A DNA stretch of 64,000 nt from an uncultured Methanoregulaceae archaeon (GCA_963841015.1 CAWJAX010000003.1:256001-320000); one strand, 5' to 3'. Shown: positions 21,645-32,171, numbered from the stretch's first letter. Notes: generated by a model from the letters alone, not told the origin. Program-made: numbers and translations.

Positions 21645-22526
21645 CTACTTCAGTGCTGCGATCTCTTTCTTGAACGCAACCCAGTAGAGAATACCAACGA
21701 AGAACAGTCCGCCGACGATGTTGCCCAGCGTGACAATTAAGACGTTTGCTGTCCACATGTTGACCCAATTTGCTGTGGTTGGAACACCGGTCAGCATTGA
21801 GGTAAAGATACCTGCGGGGATGAAATACATGTTGGCAATGGAGTGTTCCAGTCCGCTGGAAACGAAGGCCATGATCGGGAACCAGATTCCGAAGAATTTC
21901 CCAACCATGTCATCTGAACAAATCCCAAGGAGGATAGCGAGGTTGACAAGATAGTTGCAACCAATTGCCTTGAGGAACGCTGACCACATGCCCATCATGC
22001 CGACATAACTTACCTTTGCACCAGCTATGGCAATAGCCCGTGAACCAAACGCAGTAATCGTGGCTGCGCCAGCTGCGTCCCACGTTACGAATGGACCGTT
22101 TGCCATAAGGTATGCCCAGAAGAGTGAGCCTATCAGGTTCCCTATGTAGACAAAGACCCACAGGGTCAGGACCTGTGCCCAGCTGATCTTGTGGATGAAT
22201 GCGGCCATCGGGGCAAGCATTGCGTCCCCAGTGAAGAGCTCAGCACCTGTAAGCACGGTGATGATAAGCCCAACCGGGAACACTGCTCCCAGAACAAGCT
22301 GTGCCATACCTGCTGACGCAAAACCACCAGGAATTGCTCCCGCTGTTATCTGAGCGGCTGAATAGGCAATTCCTGTACTGCACACTGTTGCAAGAGCCCC
22401 ACCCATAGCGATGTATGCGCCGGACATGAATCCACGAATAACCATGTTCCATGCGGGAAGGCCTACTTTGTACTTACCGGCATCGCCAGCCTTTGCGACG
22501 ATTGCTACCGGAGGATGAAACACCAT
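21645..22526 (-). CDS. fdhC: Formate transporter (FNT family)
   Basis: FPVGL, GAELFTG, GNLIG, IGCN, GLEHSIANM, LGNIVGG; next to fdhAB. Confidence 0.92.
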   Translation of the reverse strand: MVFHPPVAIVAKAGDAGKYKVGLPAWNMVIRGFMSGAYIAMGGALATVCSTGIAYSAAQITAGAIPGGFASAGMAQLVLGAVFPVGLIITVLTGAELFTGDAMLAPMAAFIHKISWAQVLTLWVFVYIGNLIGSLFWAYLMANGPFVTWDAAGAATITAFGSRAIAIAGAKVSYVGMMGMWSAFLKAIGCNYLVNLAILLGICSDDMVGKFFGIWFPIMAFVSSGLEHSIANMYFIPAGIFTSMLTGVPTTANWVNMWTANVLIVTLGNIVGGLFFVGILYWVAFKKEIAALK

Positions 22527-22757
22527 TCTTTTAAACACCTCTGAAACGTTTCAACCTATACCAGCAACGTATTAAATCACTTTTCGTATAGGTCAATTTA
22601 CACTCTTTTTTGAGGGTTATTAATAATTTTCGGATTGTTTGCCAAATAGAGTCAAATTGAGGGAAAGATCCTTGAAATCTTTTTCTGAAGGAGAATAAAC
22701 TAAAACACTTAACAATTTTAATTTTTTAACTATTTTTATGCAACTTTTTTCAATTTA

Positions 22758-22783
22758 TTACCAGAATATATCCTTTCTGGTAA
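22758..22783. promoter_or_regulatory. Perfect 9-8-9 inverted repeat, candidate operator
   Basis: TTACCAGAA-tatatcct-TTCTGGTAA in the divergent fdhC/23009 intergenic region. Confidence 0.4.
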
Positions 22784-23008
22784 CGACAATATTACTGAAT
22801 ATCCACAACGCGCGATATGATTACGTCGATTGACGAAACATGCGGAGAACATGATCCTTGAGAGATTCTTATACTTCTTCCTGGTTTTTTCGGGATATCA
22901 TCCTTTTAAAAAGTTCAAAATTAATTTTTGCTACACCAAAAAAATTTTGCATCCACAACATCAAAACCAAACCGTTAAACAAAAAAAGGTGCGGGGATAA
23001 GAGGATCT

Positions 23009-23464
23009 ATGGATAAAAGAATACAGGTCATTCTCGTTCTCGGTATAATCGTCACCATCATTTCTGCTTTTTTAGATATGTACCTTGCAGGAATTGTCGG
23101 GGTGATCTTCATTGCCATTATTATGTCGTTGATGATTATGCAGGACACCACGGGAATTCCGGAAGTTATGGTAAAGCTCGGTGACGAAGCAAAAAGTATT
23201 ATCCTGACAAATAACGGAAACGCACGGGCAGAAAATATTCACGTTACCCTGATACCCAGTAATGTAGAATTTGATATTGCCTCGCTTGATGTGGACTCGG
23301 TCTATGAATATGCCCTGGGCGCAATGGTTCAGGAGATTAAAATTAAAATAACCTATAGCAATGAAAACAAAAGACTCTTTTCCAGCTCAAAAAAACTTTC
23401 AGTATTTGACGAGGACCCTGATATACTGAGACCTTTGATCCCCATGTTCAAATGGAAGAAATAA
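23009..23464 (+). CDS. Hypothetical membrane protein (2 TMs plus Ig-like domain)
   Basis: Two N-terminal TMs, then IILTNNGNARAENI. Confidence 0.75.
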   Translation: MDKRIQVILVLGIIVTIISAFLDMYLAGIVGVIFIAIIMSLMIMQDTTGIPEVMVKLGDEAKSIILTNNGNARAENIHVTLIPSNVEFDIASLDVDSVYEYALGAMVQEIKIKITYSNENKRLFSSSKKLSVFDEDPDILRPLIPMFKWKK

Positions 23465-23622
23465 TTCCTTTTTTTGTACAGGGAAGAAGAATCGGATCTG
23501 GCAACGTAATGTAGCCTTTCTCCTAGGACGGACAGACTCTTTCCTGCTTTAAAAAAAATCCTGCCTCCAAAAGCTCCAAAGTTTTTTTTCAGCTATTCAG
23601 ATAAAGAAACGTAAGAAAATCC

Positions 23623-23831
23623 TGCTCTGTAGAAATGCTCAATTACAAGCTAAACGCTCAAGGGGGTTTCACCCCCGCCGCTGTGGCTCCCCCGATGCGA
23701 TAACTCCCGCAACGGTGCTACGTCATCATCGCTCAGTGCAGGGGCGGCATGGGGGGACAGGCACTGTCCCCTCCTTCATTCGTACCAGCATCTTGAATTT
23801 CACATCAATGGAAAAGGAATTCTACAGAGCC
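23623..23831 (+). mobile_element. MITE-like non-autonomous element (module A), 209 bp
   Basis: TIR GCTCTGTAGAA/TTCTACAGAGC; direct repeat GAAAATCC at 23615-23622 and 23832-23839; internal hairpins GGGGGTTTCACCCCC and GGGGACAGGCACTGTCCCC. Confidence 0.85.
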
Positions 23832-23962
23832 GAAAATCCCCTTATTTGATTAACCGCGATTTTTTATTGGAATATACTGTGCACAAAATGTGGAATCCAT
23901 GGAATGGGATATTTCTCTGTAGTTTCTGTATGTACCGGAAAAATAAAAAAAAATGGAAAAAA

Positions 23963-25213
23963 TTATTTTGGCATTGGATTGAACACGTTCTCGTAGATCA
24001 TGTCGCTGCCGGTATTGTTCAGCCGTGCACGCTCCTCTTTCTCCTCGACCATAGCAAGGAGCGGGAGTTCCATGTTCACGCCGGGGACATGACCGAACAT
24101 CTTTTCGAGTTCAACCTGTTGTGCGTGCATGAAGAGTGCGTTGGGGATTTCTGCCGGGCAGAGTTCTTCGCACTGGCCACAGTTCACACAGGAGTCCGCG
24201 ATATGGGCAAACCGGATGAGGTGGAACATGAAATTGGGCGGAAGTTCGCCGGGTTTGACATATGCTGGGTTCTTGGTTGTGCAGTCCTCACAATAGCAGA
24301 TAGGGCATGCCTCGATACACGAGTAGCACTTGATGCACCGTGAAGTCTCATTCATGATCTTCTTCAGGCGGTCCCTGCCTTCTCCAAGTGCTTCAAAGTC
24401 GTGCTTGCGCCACTTGTCACCAAGCTTCATCATTGCGCCTTCGACTTTACCCCGGATCTCAAGACCTTTGGGATTCGCTGCTTCAGTCGCAAGGATACCG
24501 GATTTCACGGCACTGTTCAAGAGGTTTGCACCTTTTTCGCTGCAGACTTCCACAAAGGTTGCCTTACCGGCCTTGTCGCCGATAACACCCCAGTTCCCGC
24601 AGGCGAGATCAGCCTGGCGGGGAATTTTAAGTTTGCAGCGGCGGCAGTTGGACCTGCGCCCGTAGCCTGCTTCTTCGAGCTCGTCTATCGAGATACCCTT
24701 GTGTCCGCCTTCGTACTCGATGATGAACTGGCCCTTGTCGATCTCTTCCTTGTGGACCTTGTCCGGGTCGACCCCGAATTTATCGGTAATCATTTTGCGG
24801 GCAAGGATCGGGCTGACAGAGCCACCGCAGTTGACACCGATCATGATAACATTGTCAAGGTTGATCTGCTTGCGCTTAGCAAGCTCGTAGAATCCCATCA
24901 TGTCGCAACCTTTGACCGTCACGCCGATCTTCTTGGTCTTTGCACCGTCAAGATATTTCTTGACCAGTTTCGGGAGCAGGAGAGTTCCGCAATGGAGGGA
25001 ACCAGCAGTCTGGGCCAGATCCTTGGCATCCGTGATGACCACGGGCTGTGCGTCGTAGAGATCGGTTCCTTTCTGGATAGCAAGGACTGCATCAACGGCC
25101 TTTGTTTCAAGTGCATGTTTCCAGAGTGCGGTTACCGCACCACCGAGTTCTGCCTTCTTCTTGATGTCAGCGTCGTTGGTCCATGCGTAGAGCATATCGC
25201 CTTTCTTTGCCAT
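23963..25213 (-). CDS. fdhB: F420-dependent formate dehydrogenase beta subunit
   Basis: GGAVTAL, GSLHCG, KGCD, GVNCGG, CRRC; two 4Fe-4S motifs. Confidence 0.95.
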   Translation of the reverse strand: MAKKGDMLYAWTNDADIKKKAELGGAVTALWKHALETKAVDAVLAIQKGTDLYDAQPVVITDAKDLAQTAGSLHCGTLLLPKLVKKYLDGAKTKKIGVTVKGCDMMGFYELAKRKQINLDNVIMIGVNCGGSVSPILARKMITDKFGVDPDKVHKEEIDKGQFIIEYEGGHKGISIDELEEAGYGRRSNCRRCKLKIPRQADLACGNWGVIGDKAGKATFVEVCSEKGANLLNSAVKSGILATEAANPKGLEIRGKVEGAMMKLGDKWRKHDFEALGEGRDRLKKIMNETSRCIKCYSCIEACPICYCEDCTTKNPAYVKPGELPPNFMFHLIRFAHIADSCVNCGQCEELCPAEIPNALFMHAQQVELEKMFGHVPGVNMELPLLAMVEEKEERARLNNTGSDMIYENVFNPMPK

Positions 25214-25214
25214 G

Positions 25215-27281
25215 TTACTTCGCCTCCGCGATCTTCTCTATCCGCACAGCACAGGCCTTGAACTCCGGAATTGCCGCAGTCGGGTCAAGCGCGTTGTTGG
25301 TCAGTGTGTTGGCTGCACATTCCACGTAGTGGAACGGGATGAAGACTACACCTTTCTTGATGTTGGGGGTGACCCGTGCACCGATCTTGATCTCTCCTCT
25401 TCGGGTGATGGCCTTGACCATCTCCTTGTCCTTGATGTTGAGGGCTTTTGCATCCTCCGGGTTGATCTCGACCCAGCCGGTCGGTTCTTCGCGCTCAAGA
25501 CTCTCGGAGCGGCGGGTCATGGTCCCGGTGTGCCACTGCCAGATACAGCGACCGGTGGTCAGGATCAGCGGGTAGTCCTTGTCCGGAACTTCTGCCGGGT
25601 ATTTGAACTCGATCGGGGTGAAGATACCCAGTCCGTCCGGGTGGGTGAACTTCTCCTTGTGCAGGATCGGGGTTCCCGGGTGCTCCTTTGTCGGGCAGGG
25701 CCAGTGCAGAGTGCTTCGGGCTTTCTCGAGCCGTGCATAGTCCATGCCACCATAGGACGGGGTGACCTTGGAGATCTCGGTGAATACCTCTTCTGCACTC
25801 TTGTAGGGGAACTGTTTTTCGAATCCCATGTGCTTTGCCAGCTCGCAGAAGATCTGCCAGTCGGCCTTGGCCTCACCGGGCGGTTCCTGTGCCTTTCTCC
25901 ACTTCTGGACACGGCGTTCGGTGTTGGTCTGGGTGCCGTCCTTCTCGGCATAGCAGGCAGCGGGTAATACAACGTTGGCAAACTGGGCCGTCTCGGTCAT
26001 GAAGATATCCTGGACGACCATGAATTCGATATTCTTCATTGCTTTCTCCACGTGGTGGAGATCGGGGTCGGAGATCATCGGGTTCTCGCCCATGATATAG
26101 ACACACTTGACCTTGCCGGGTTCGTCAGCGAGTGCATTGATCAGCTTGGTGACGGTGAAACCAACTTTTCCTTCGGCAATCGTGCAGCCCCAGGCGTCTT
26201 CCATCTTCTTCTTATTCTCAGGGACGATGACGGCCTGGTACCCGGAGTACACATTGGCGAGCGCTCCCATGTCGCAGGCGCCCTGCACATTGTTCTGGCC
26301 CCGCAGTGCACAGATGCCGGTACCGGGTCTTCCCAGATTTCCGGTCAGCATCTGGAGGTTGGCAATCGACTTGACATTGTCGACACCGGTCGTGTGCTGG
26401 GTGATACCCATGGAGTAGAGGACCGCGGACTGGCCGGACTTGCCAAACCACTCTGCCGCCGTGATGAGGTCCTTTTCGGGGATACCACTGATCTTCGAGA
26501 CGTTTGCCGGACTATAGGCGTCCTTCATGACGATCTCTTTGACCTTCTCGAAATCCTTGGTACGGTTCTTGATGAAGTCCTTGTTCTCCCACCCGTTCTT
26601 CAGGATTTGCTGCATGAAGCAGTTGAAGATGGCGACATCAGTTCCGGAGTAAAACGGAAGGTACAGGTCTGCCTGCTTCCCGGTGGGGGTGAACCGCGGG
26701 TCGGCGTAGATGACTTTCGCACCCTTCGCCTTGGCCTGCATGACACGGCGACCGATCAGCGGGTGCGTCTCAAACGTGTTGCTGCCGATAATTAAGAGAC
26801 ACTTGGATTCGGCAATATCGGCAATCGACTGGGTCATTGCACCGGACCCGAACGCACCGGCCAGACCGACGACCGTCGATGCATGGCAGAGACGGGCACA
26901 GTGGTCGATGTTGGGGGTCTTTAAAACCGCCCGGGCAAACTTCTGCATCAGGTAGTTCTCCTCGTTGGAGACACGGGCTGATGCAAGGCAGGCGCTCTGT
27001 TCGCCCTGATACATCTTGAACTTCTCGGCAATCAGCTTGTATGCCTCGTCCCAGCTCGCCTCGACAAATTTCCCCTCCTTCTTGATGAGCGGCTTGGTCA
27101 GGCGGTCAGGGCTGTTAATAAATTCAGCGGCATAGTTGCCCTTCGGGCAGAGCTTGCCGTCGTTCACCGGATTGCGGTGCCACGGTGCGACGCCGACAAC
27201 CTTCTTGTCCTTGACAACAAGGTTGAAGCCGCAACCGGTCCCGCAATACGGACACGTGGTTGGTACGTACTTCATATCCAT
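25215..27281 (-). CDS. fdhA: Formate dehydrogenase alpha subunit (Cys-type)
   Basis: TTCPYCGTGCG, LCPKG, DHCARLCHAST, LRGQNNVQGACDMGA, PEFKACAV. Confidence 0.97.
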   Translation of the reverse strand: MDMKYVPTTCPYCGTGCGFNLVVKDKKVVGVAPWHRNPVNDGKLCPKGNYAAEFINSPDRLTKPLIKKEGKFVEASWDEAYKLIAEKFKMYQGEQSACLASARVSNEENYLMQKFARAVLKTPNIDHCARLCHASTVVGLAGAFGSGAMTQSIADIAESKCLLIIGSNTFETHPLIGRRVMQAKAKGAKVIYADPRFTPTGKQADLYLPFYSGTDVAIFNCFMQQILKNGWENKDFIKNRTKDFEKVKEIVMKDAYSPANVSKISGIPEKDLITAAEWFGKSGQSAVLYSMGITQHTTGVDNVKSIANLQMLTGNLGRPGTGICALRGQNNVQGACDMGALANVYSGYQAVIVPENKKKMEDAWGCTIAEGKVGFTVTKLINALADEPGKVKCVYIMGENPMISDPDLHHVEKAMKNIEFMVVQDIFMTETAQFANVVLPAACYAEKDGTQTNTERRVQKWRKAQEPPGEAKADWQIFCELAKHMGFEKQFPYKSAEEVFTEISKVTPSYGGMDYARLEKARSTLHWPCPTKEHPGTPILHKEKFTHPDGLGIFTPIEFKYPAEVPDKDYPLILTTGRCIWQWHTGTMTRRSESLEREEPTGWVEINPEDAKALNIKDKEMVKAITRRGEIKIGARVTPNIKKGVVFIPFHYVECAANTLTNNALDPTAAIPEFKACAVRIEKIAEAK

Positions 27282-27476
27282 GTTCTAACCTCGAACAAAA
27301 AAAATTAGGTTTGAGCCTATTTAAACATAATGAATTTTGTGCCAAAAGTGATTAATAGCGGTGGGTAGAGAGATACATATAAAGAGTTCGTTTGAATGTC
27401 CTTTCATTAAAAAGTCTGCTTAATCAAACAATAATATTTAATCCGGCCCCCTGAATCAGTCGTTACGCGCAATACT

Positions 27477-28112
27477 ATGAAACCACCCCGTATTCACCCG
27501 CTCCTTGCAGATGTTGTCCAGACAGCGTTGCTGACATGTAATGGTATAATTTTTGATACCCTGAGCGCCTGCCCGGAGTGTGGTGGAAAACTCTCCGGCT
27601 ACGATAGGAAAAAGAAGCAGTTTGTCATCATGCATGACCAGGGAAAGAGAATCCCGGTACATGTCATAGTGAAACGGTTCGCCTGCCGGGAGTGCGGCAT
27701 TGTCTGTTTTGCAGAAGAACCATTCTATCCGGCAACCCGGGCAGGCTCTCCCATTGTCGATCTCTGCGTGACCCTTTCTGCTACTATGCCTTTTTCCCGT
27801 GCCACCGTATATCTTGAACACCTTGGAATACTGATTGACCGGGGTACCGTCCGCAATTATGCACGGTCGGCATATCCTGGAATTCCTACCACGGACCTGT
27901 TCGGAATACGATTACCCTTATCGATAGTTTCACTCTCGGAACTCGCTACGCGTTTCAGTGAGGGGGGTCGCATCCCAGGGACAGAAGCGCTCGCTGCCTG
28001 TGGTTTCCCATCCGCATACCGGGCAGCGCCGGACAATCTCCTTTCTCCAGAAAAAAGGAATGAGCGGAATAAAGAGAAAGACAAAGAAGAACGGAAGACC
28101 AAGAGCCCATAA
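27477..28112 (+). CDS. Zinc-ribbon plus HTH hypothetical protein resembling a transposase N-terminus
   Basis: CPECGG..KRFACRECG, then MPFSRATVYLEHLGILIDRGTVRNYA; no DDE domain. Confidence 0.7.
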   Translation: MKPPRIHPLLADVVQTALLTCNGIIFDTLSACPECGGKLSGYDRKKKQFVIMHDQGKRIPVHVIVKRFACRECGIVCFAEEPFYPATRAGSPIVDLCVTLSATMPFSRATVYLEHLGILIDRGTVRNYARSAYPGIPTTDLFGIRLPLSIVSLSELATRFSEGGRIPGTEALAACGFPSAYRAAPDNLLSPEKRNERNKEKDKEERKTKSP

Positions 28113-28175
28113 TACCAGAGTAATCGCAAGGGATCCGAAAAAAAGAATGAGGCTTATCTGCCATAGTTTCAGCAT
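27930..28175 (-). CDS. Small membrane protein with a C-terminal zinc ribbon
   Basis: Hydrophobic N-terminus, then RRCPVCGWE..RFCPWDATPL; T-rich TATA-like TTTTTATG about 30 nt upstream. Confidence 0.65.
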   Translation of the reverse strand: MLKLWQISLILFFGSLAITLVLWALGLPFFFVFLFIPLIPFFWRKEIVRRCPVCGWETTGSERFCPWDATPLTETRSEFRE

Positions 28176-28245
28176 AGTATTACTATCCAGGAAAACGCGG
28201 GGATCATAAAAACCACTGCTCCCTCAGGACCTTCCGTAACAATTC

Positions 28246-29182
28246 TCATGAATTTTTGCCCCGTAGAGCCACCTCTCGAACAGAAAATGCTGGCAGGGCG
28301 TCAGCATACGAACCCAGTTTTTTTGTGAGATCAATTCCATCCAGTTCCCGGGAGAACAAATGCGCCCCAATCCCCCCTACAATTATCTGCCGGGCAGCGG
28401 ACTGTGCTGCAACACGCTGCACCTGATCGCAGATCAATCCCCTCTGCTTTTCCCAGAACTGTTCGGCAATCCGGTACGCACCCTCGGGTCCGATCTCGTC
28501 AAGATCTGCACAGACAACCCGGGCGAGCCGTCGAAGTGCTGCTTTTTTGGTCTTTTCTTTCTTATCGGGTGTATCACAAGTATACTGTGCCGAGAGTGAT
28601 ATGCCCCATGACGAGGTGCGCATCTGCACTGATGGCAAAAAACTCAGAACTTACCGGTGTGACAAAACCGTCAAGCATGACTGATTGCAGGATTGTGGCA
28701 ATATTTCCCCGGAGCATTCCTGTATAGATAAGATAACCCTTCTGCAGCCGCATAAGATCAGTCAGGCCCTTCATTGATTCAAAACACATGAGCGGGATAA
28801 TATCGGCTGTAGTACTGCCGATATCCAGAAGAACTGCATCGGGAAATTCTTTTCGCAGGTAATCTGCGGAGGCAAGCCAGTTTGCAGCTGCAAGCTGAGG
28901 CACAGCACGATCGTGAAACTGCCCGTCAGTGCCATAAAACCGGGCAGAATGAAACGCATTCCTGACTGCATTCACAATAAAGGAGATGCCCTCCATCTTG
29001 CTCTCAAAACAGTCGGCAAGTTCCCCGCTCATCACAACAGCTGCCGGACTATCGGGTTCAGTGACATACTTGTTCAGCAGGGTCGTGAGGGGTGCCCCTT
29101 CCCAGAGCGGGCAGTAATGGAGGTGAGGGCCAGTATCATCAACGATTTTGAGATTAGCACCCCCCACATCGATCCCAATCAT
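28246..29182 (-). CDS. mfnF: Hydantoinase A-family methanofuran biosynthesis protein; frameshift near 28590
   Basis: GIDVGGANLK, MSGELADCF, AAANW, DIGSTTADIIP, RLARVVCAD; downstream of an ATP-grasp gene. Confidence 0.8.
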
Positions 29183-30069
29183 ATCCGTGTGACCTTCCCC
29201 TGCGTGTCAAAACGGACACTGCCTGTCAGGTGCACCTGGACCGGCCCCCCGCCTTTCGATGCCGCTACAAGAATATCGGCAATCTCTTCTTTCATGCAGG
29301 CTGCAATACCAACCAGACTGGTAGTGATCCTCGGGTTAACATCCACGACATATACCTTATCGGAAACGACAACATCAATACCGCAATATCCCTGGCACCC
29401 GAGGACCTCGACTACATTTTTAGCAACCGCAATAATTTCTTCTTCGCGAGCGGAATGCGCCGGGGTCTCGCCACCACGGTAATGTATCGAGCCGTCACTT
29501 CCTGTTTCAATATATTGCCGGTTTACTGCGAGAACCAGAGGGGGTTTCCCTGAGAAATACAGGCACGCATCACCCACCACCCGGCTTGCAACAAGACTCA
29601 CCGAAAAGTGTTCACCGTCAATATATTTTTGCGAGAATTCCCCCGCCCCGGTCAGGCCATCGGATATGCGCACACCCTGCGCACCACATCCTTTTACCGG
29701 TTTGATCACCCGCTTTCCTGCAGAAGCTTCAGCCGGTACGGTCACCTTGTGCGAACGCAGGATCTTTTCGGTCTGCACCTTGTTGGCACAGAGTGCAACC
29801 GTCATAAACCCGCACCCAAGGTTATGCGTGTGCTGCTCAAGGATCTGCGTGTACCGCGCAAGCAGGTAATCCGGTGCTATCACGAGCCCCATGTCGCACG
29901 AGGGAGCAAGGCGTTCTATCTCCGCGCCAAAGTCCCCGTTGCCGGGCACAATGACCTCATATCCACAGCGCTCAAAACTCTGTTTCAGAACCGAGAGCAT
30001 TGCAGCACCTTCAGGAGCAAGCGAAGAGTCATGAGCTGACGCATATTCAGCAAGAAGGACCTTCATCAC
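29179..30069 (-). CDS. mfnD: ATP-grasp tyramine-glutamate ligase-like protein
   Basis: EGAAML, VIAP, VIKPVKGCGA, GYCGIDVV..VVDVNPRITTS. Confidence 0.75.
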   Translation of the reverse strand: MMKVLLAEYASAHDSSLAPEGAAMLSVLKQSFERCGYEVIVPGNGDFGAEIERLAPSCDMGLVIAPDYLLARYTQILEQHTHNLGCGFMTVALCANKVQTEKILRSHKVTVPAEASAGKRVIKPVKGCGAQGVRISDGLTGAGEFSQKYIDGEHFSVSLVASRVVGDACLYFSGKPPLVLAVNRQYIETGSDGSIHYRGGETPAHSAREEEIIAVAKNVVEVLGCQGYCGIDVVVSDKVYVVDVNPRITTSLVGIAACMKEEIADILVAASKGGGPVQVHLTGSVRFDTQGKVTRI

Positions 30070-30141
30070 TGTTCTCTTTGCGCTGAAAGAAAATTACCCT
30101 ATCCGATCGGTGAACTATTTGAGGGTGCAGTTCATACGTGA

Positions 30142-30930
30142 ATGCACATGAAACCCTCGATCCTGCTGACCAATGATGATGGCGTGAGTTCTGTCGGGCT
30201 CTGGGCCGCTTACGAAGCCCTTGCACCGATTGCCGATGTGACCGTCGTTGCACCGGCAACCCAGCAGAGTGCAGTCGGGAGATCGATTTCAATCTTTGAA
30301 CCGTTGCGGGCAACCCGGGTTATCATGAATGGGACCCCGGCATGGTCCGTGGCCGGCAAACCCACGGACGCTGTCATTATCGGGCTCTACGCACTCAGGC
30401 TCAGCCCGGCGCTCATTGTAAGCGGAATAAACATTGGCGAGAACCTCTCCTTTGAATCAATTATGACCTCAGGCACTGTTGGTGCTGCCCTGGAAGGATC
30501 CAACCAGGGAACAAAAGGGATTGCATTCTCGCTTCAGGTCGAGGACCAGGGAGACAAATTCGATGACCCCCGTTATCATGGACAAAACTTTGATGCTGCA
30601 AAAGGAATTGTCCGGGATGTTGTATCCCGAATACTGGCCCGGGGCTTCTGTCCTCACGCAGATGTGATCAATGTCAATATTCCCTCAGTCGTGAAAGGTG
30701 GCTATGAAGTCACCCGGCTTGCCCGGAAACTGTTTCATACCGGCGTCGAGAAACGATTTGATCCGCGGGGTCGGCCGTACTTCTGGATCAATGGTCCCCT
30801 TATAGAAGATGCGGAGGAGGGGACTGATGTGCATGCAATCCGCAAAGGAAATGTCTCAATTACCCCCATCACCCTCGATTGCACAGCGTATAAAGCAGAA
30901 GATGAGGCAAGAACACTGTTTTCAGAGTGA
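30142..30930 (+). CDS. surE: 5'/3'-nucleotidase SurE
   Basis: ILLTNDDG, SGINIGENL, SGTVGAA, SITPI. Confidence 0.95.
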   Translation: MHMKPSILLTNDDGVSSVGLWAAYEALAPIADVTVVAPATQQSAVGRSISIFEPLRATRVIMNGTPAWSVAGKPTDAVIIGLYALRLSPALIVSGINIGENLSFESIMTSGTVGAALEGSNQGTKGIAFSLQVEDQGDKFDDPRYHGQNFDAAKGIVRDVVSRILARGFCPHADVINVNIPSVVKGGYEVTRLARKLFHTGVEKRFDPRGRPYFWINGPLIEDAEEGTDVHAIRKGNVSITPITLDCTAYKAEDEARTLFSE

Positions 30931-31102
30931 TTGATTTTTTTATCAATTATTCGATCCGGTGACAGAATACTTCAGACACACAAGATCCGCCGGTTTTTAC
31001 CAAAGGGTTTGCTATTGTCCTCATCCGGTAGATCTCTGGCAGAGAAATCCTGACCAGTATATCGCCAGTATTAATTACGCAAAACCGATAATTATCTGGT
31101 AG

Positions 31103-31816
31103 ATGGACGATACAGTTCAGGCACTTACTGCAGCAAAACGTGCTGCAGGATATCTGGCGGCCGATATGGTCAGGGACGGAATGGTTCTTGGCCTGGGTAC
31201 GGGTTCCACAGTTTTTTATGCCCTTGAACGCTTATCCTGCAGGGTTCAGGAAGGATTACAGATCAAGGGTGTTCCAACTTCGTACCAGACAGCACGTACT
31301 GCTCATGAATACGGCATTCCGCTTACCACGCTTGATGAGGCACCGGTGCTTGACCTTGCCATCGATGGCGCAGACCAGGTTGACCCGTGTCTTCGTCTGA
31401 TAAAAGGCAGGGGTGCTGCACTCACCAGGGAGAAATGCGTTGCCGCAGCTGCAATCCGCTTTGTGGTTGTTGTCGATGAACAGAAAATAGTACCAGTCCT
31501 CTCAGGACTTGTTCCCATTGAAGTGCTCCCCTTTGCCATCCACCCTGTCATGAATCAGCTCCGGAGCCTCGGCTGTATCCCCCGACTTCGTGATGGAATC
31601 AAAAAGGATGGACCGGTCATAACCGACAATGGTAATTTTATCCTTGATTGTCAGTTTAAAGAAATTGCAAATCCAGACGAACTGGAAGATATGATCATAC
31701 GAGTGCCCGGCGTTGTCGAGAGTGGATTATTCTGCAGTTTTACCAGGAAAACCACCGTTATTGTCGGCAATGAAAAAAAGTGCAGGGTGATTACTTCACC
31801 GGACGTATTCCCGTAA
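31103..31816 (+). CDS. rpiA: Ribose-5-phosphate isomerase A
   Basis: GLGTGST, IDGADQVD, KGRGAALTREK, TDNGN. Confidence 0.95.
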   Translation: MDDTVQALTAAKRAAGYLAADMVRDGMVLGLGTGSTVFYALERLSCRVQEGLQIKGVPTSYQTARTAHEYGIPLTTLDEAPVLDLAIDGADQVDPCLRLIKGRGAALTREKCVAAAAIRFVVVVDEQKIVPVLSGLVPIEVLPFAIHPVMNQLRSLGCIPRLRDGIKKDGPVITDNGNFILDCQFKEIANPDELEDMIIRVPGVVESGLFCSFTRKTTVIVGNEKKCRVITSPDVFP

Positions 31817-32171
31817 CTTCTGGACAAGGGCGAGTTGGGTAGTCGCTTCTTTTTTCTTCTCTTTTTCAATACTGTCCATGATTTCCTGGATCGGTCTGGC
31901 CAGCTCATAAATCTTTACCGGGCGCCCTTTACTTTCTGCCTTGCTCTCCCTGCTGGATATCCAGTTTTGGTCTATCAGGTACCGCATGGCAATGCTGACT
32001 TCGGGCTGGCGGAGATCCGTGCCCCGCTCTATCGCCCGCGATGTAGCTTCGGGTGTGTTTGCCAGGAATACAAGTACCTTTGGCCACATTTCTTTTGGTT
32101 CCAATCTCAATGAGGAGGTTTGCAAATTCCTCCTCTTTTTCAGTAAAATACATCACATTTTCAGTTCTCAT
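31796..32171 (-). CDS. Winged-helix (ArsR-like) transcriptional regulator; frameshift near 32078
   Basis: Joined frame reads AKVLVFL..SRAIERGTDLRQPEVSIAM..KGRPVKIY. Confidence 0.85.

Noticed and set aside
25700-25730. Odd FdhA segment EKARSTLHWP
   Set aside because: A +1 and a +2 insertion compensate each other; removing them gives EKPEALHWP, so it is an artefact.
26870-26910. Selenocysteine recoding in fdhA
   Set aside because: The active-site motif reads CARLCH with Cys codons and there is no in-frame TGA.
24330-26955. Long plus-strand ORFs antisense to fdhAB, and similar ones opposite herA, rad50 and pflX
   Set aside because: Shadow ORFs from GC-rich codon bias, with no recognisable motifs.
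27304-27320. TTAGG-N6-CCTAT upstream of fdhA as another DtxR box
   Set aside because: Spacing and sequence differ from the two matching boxes, and it occurs only once.
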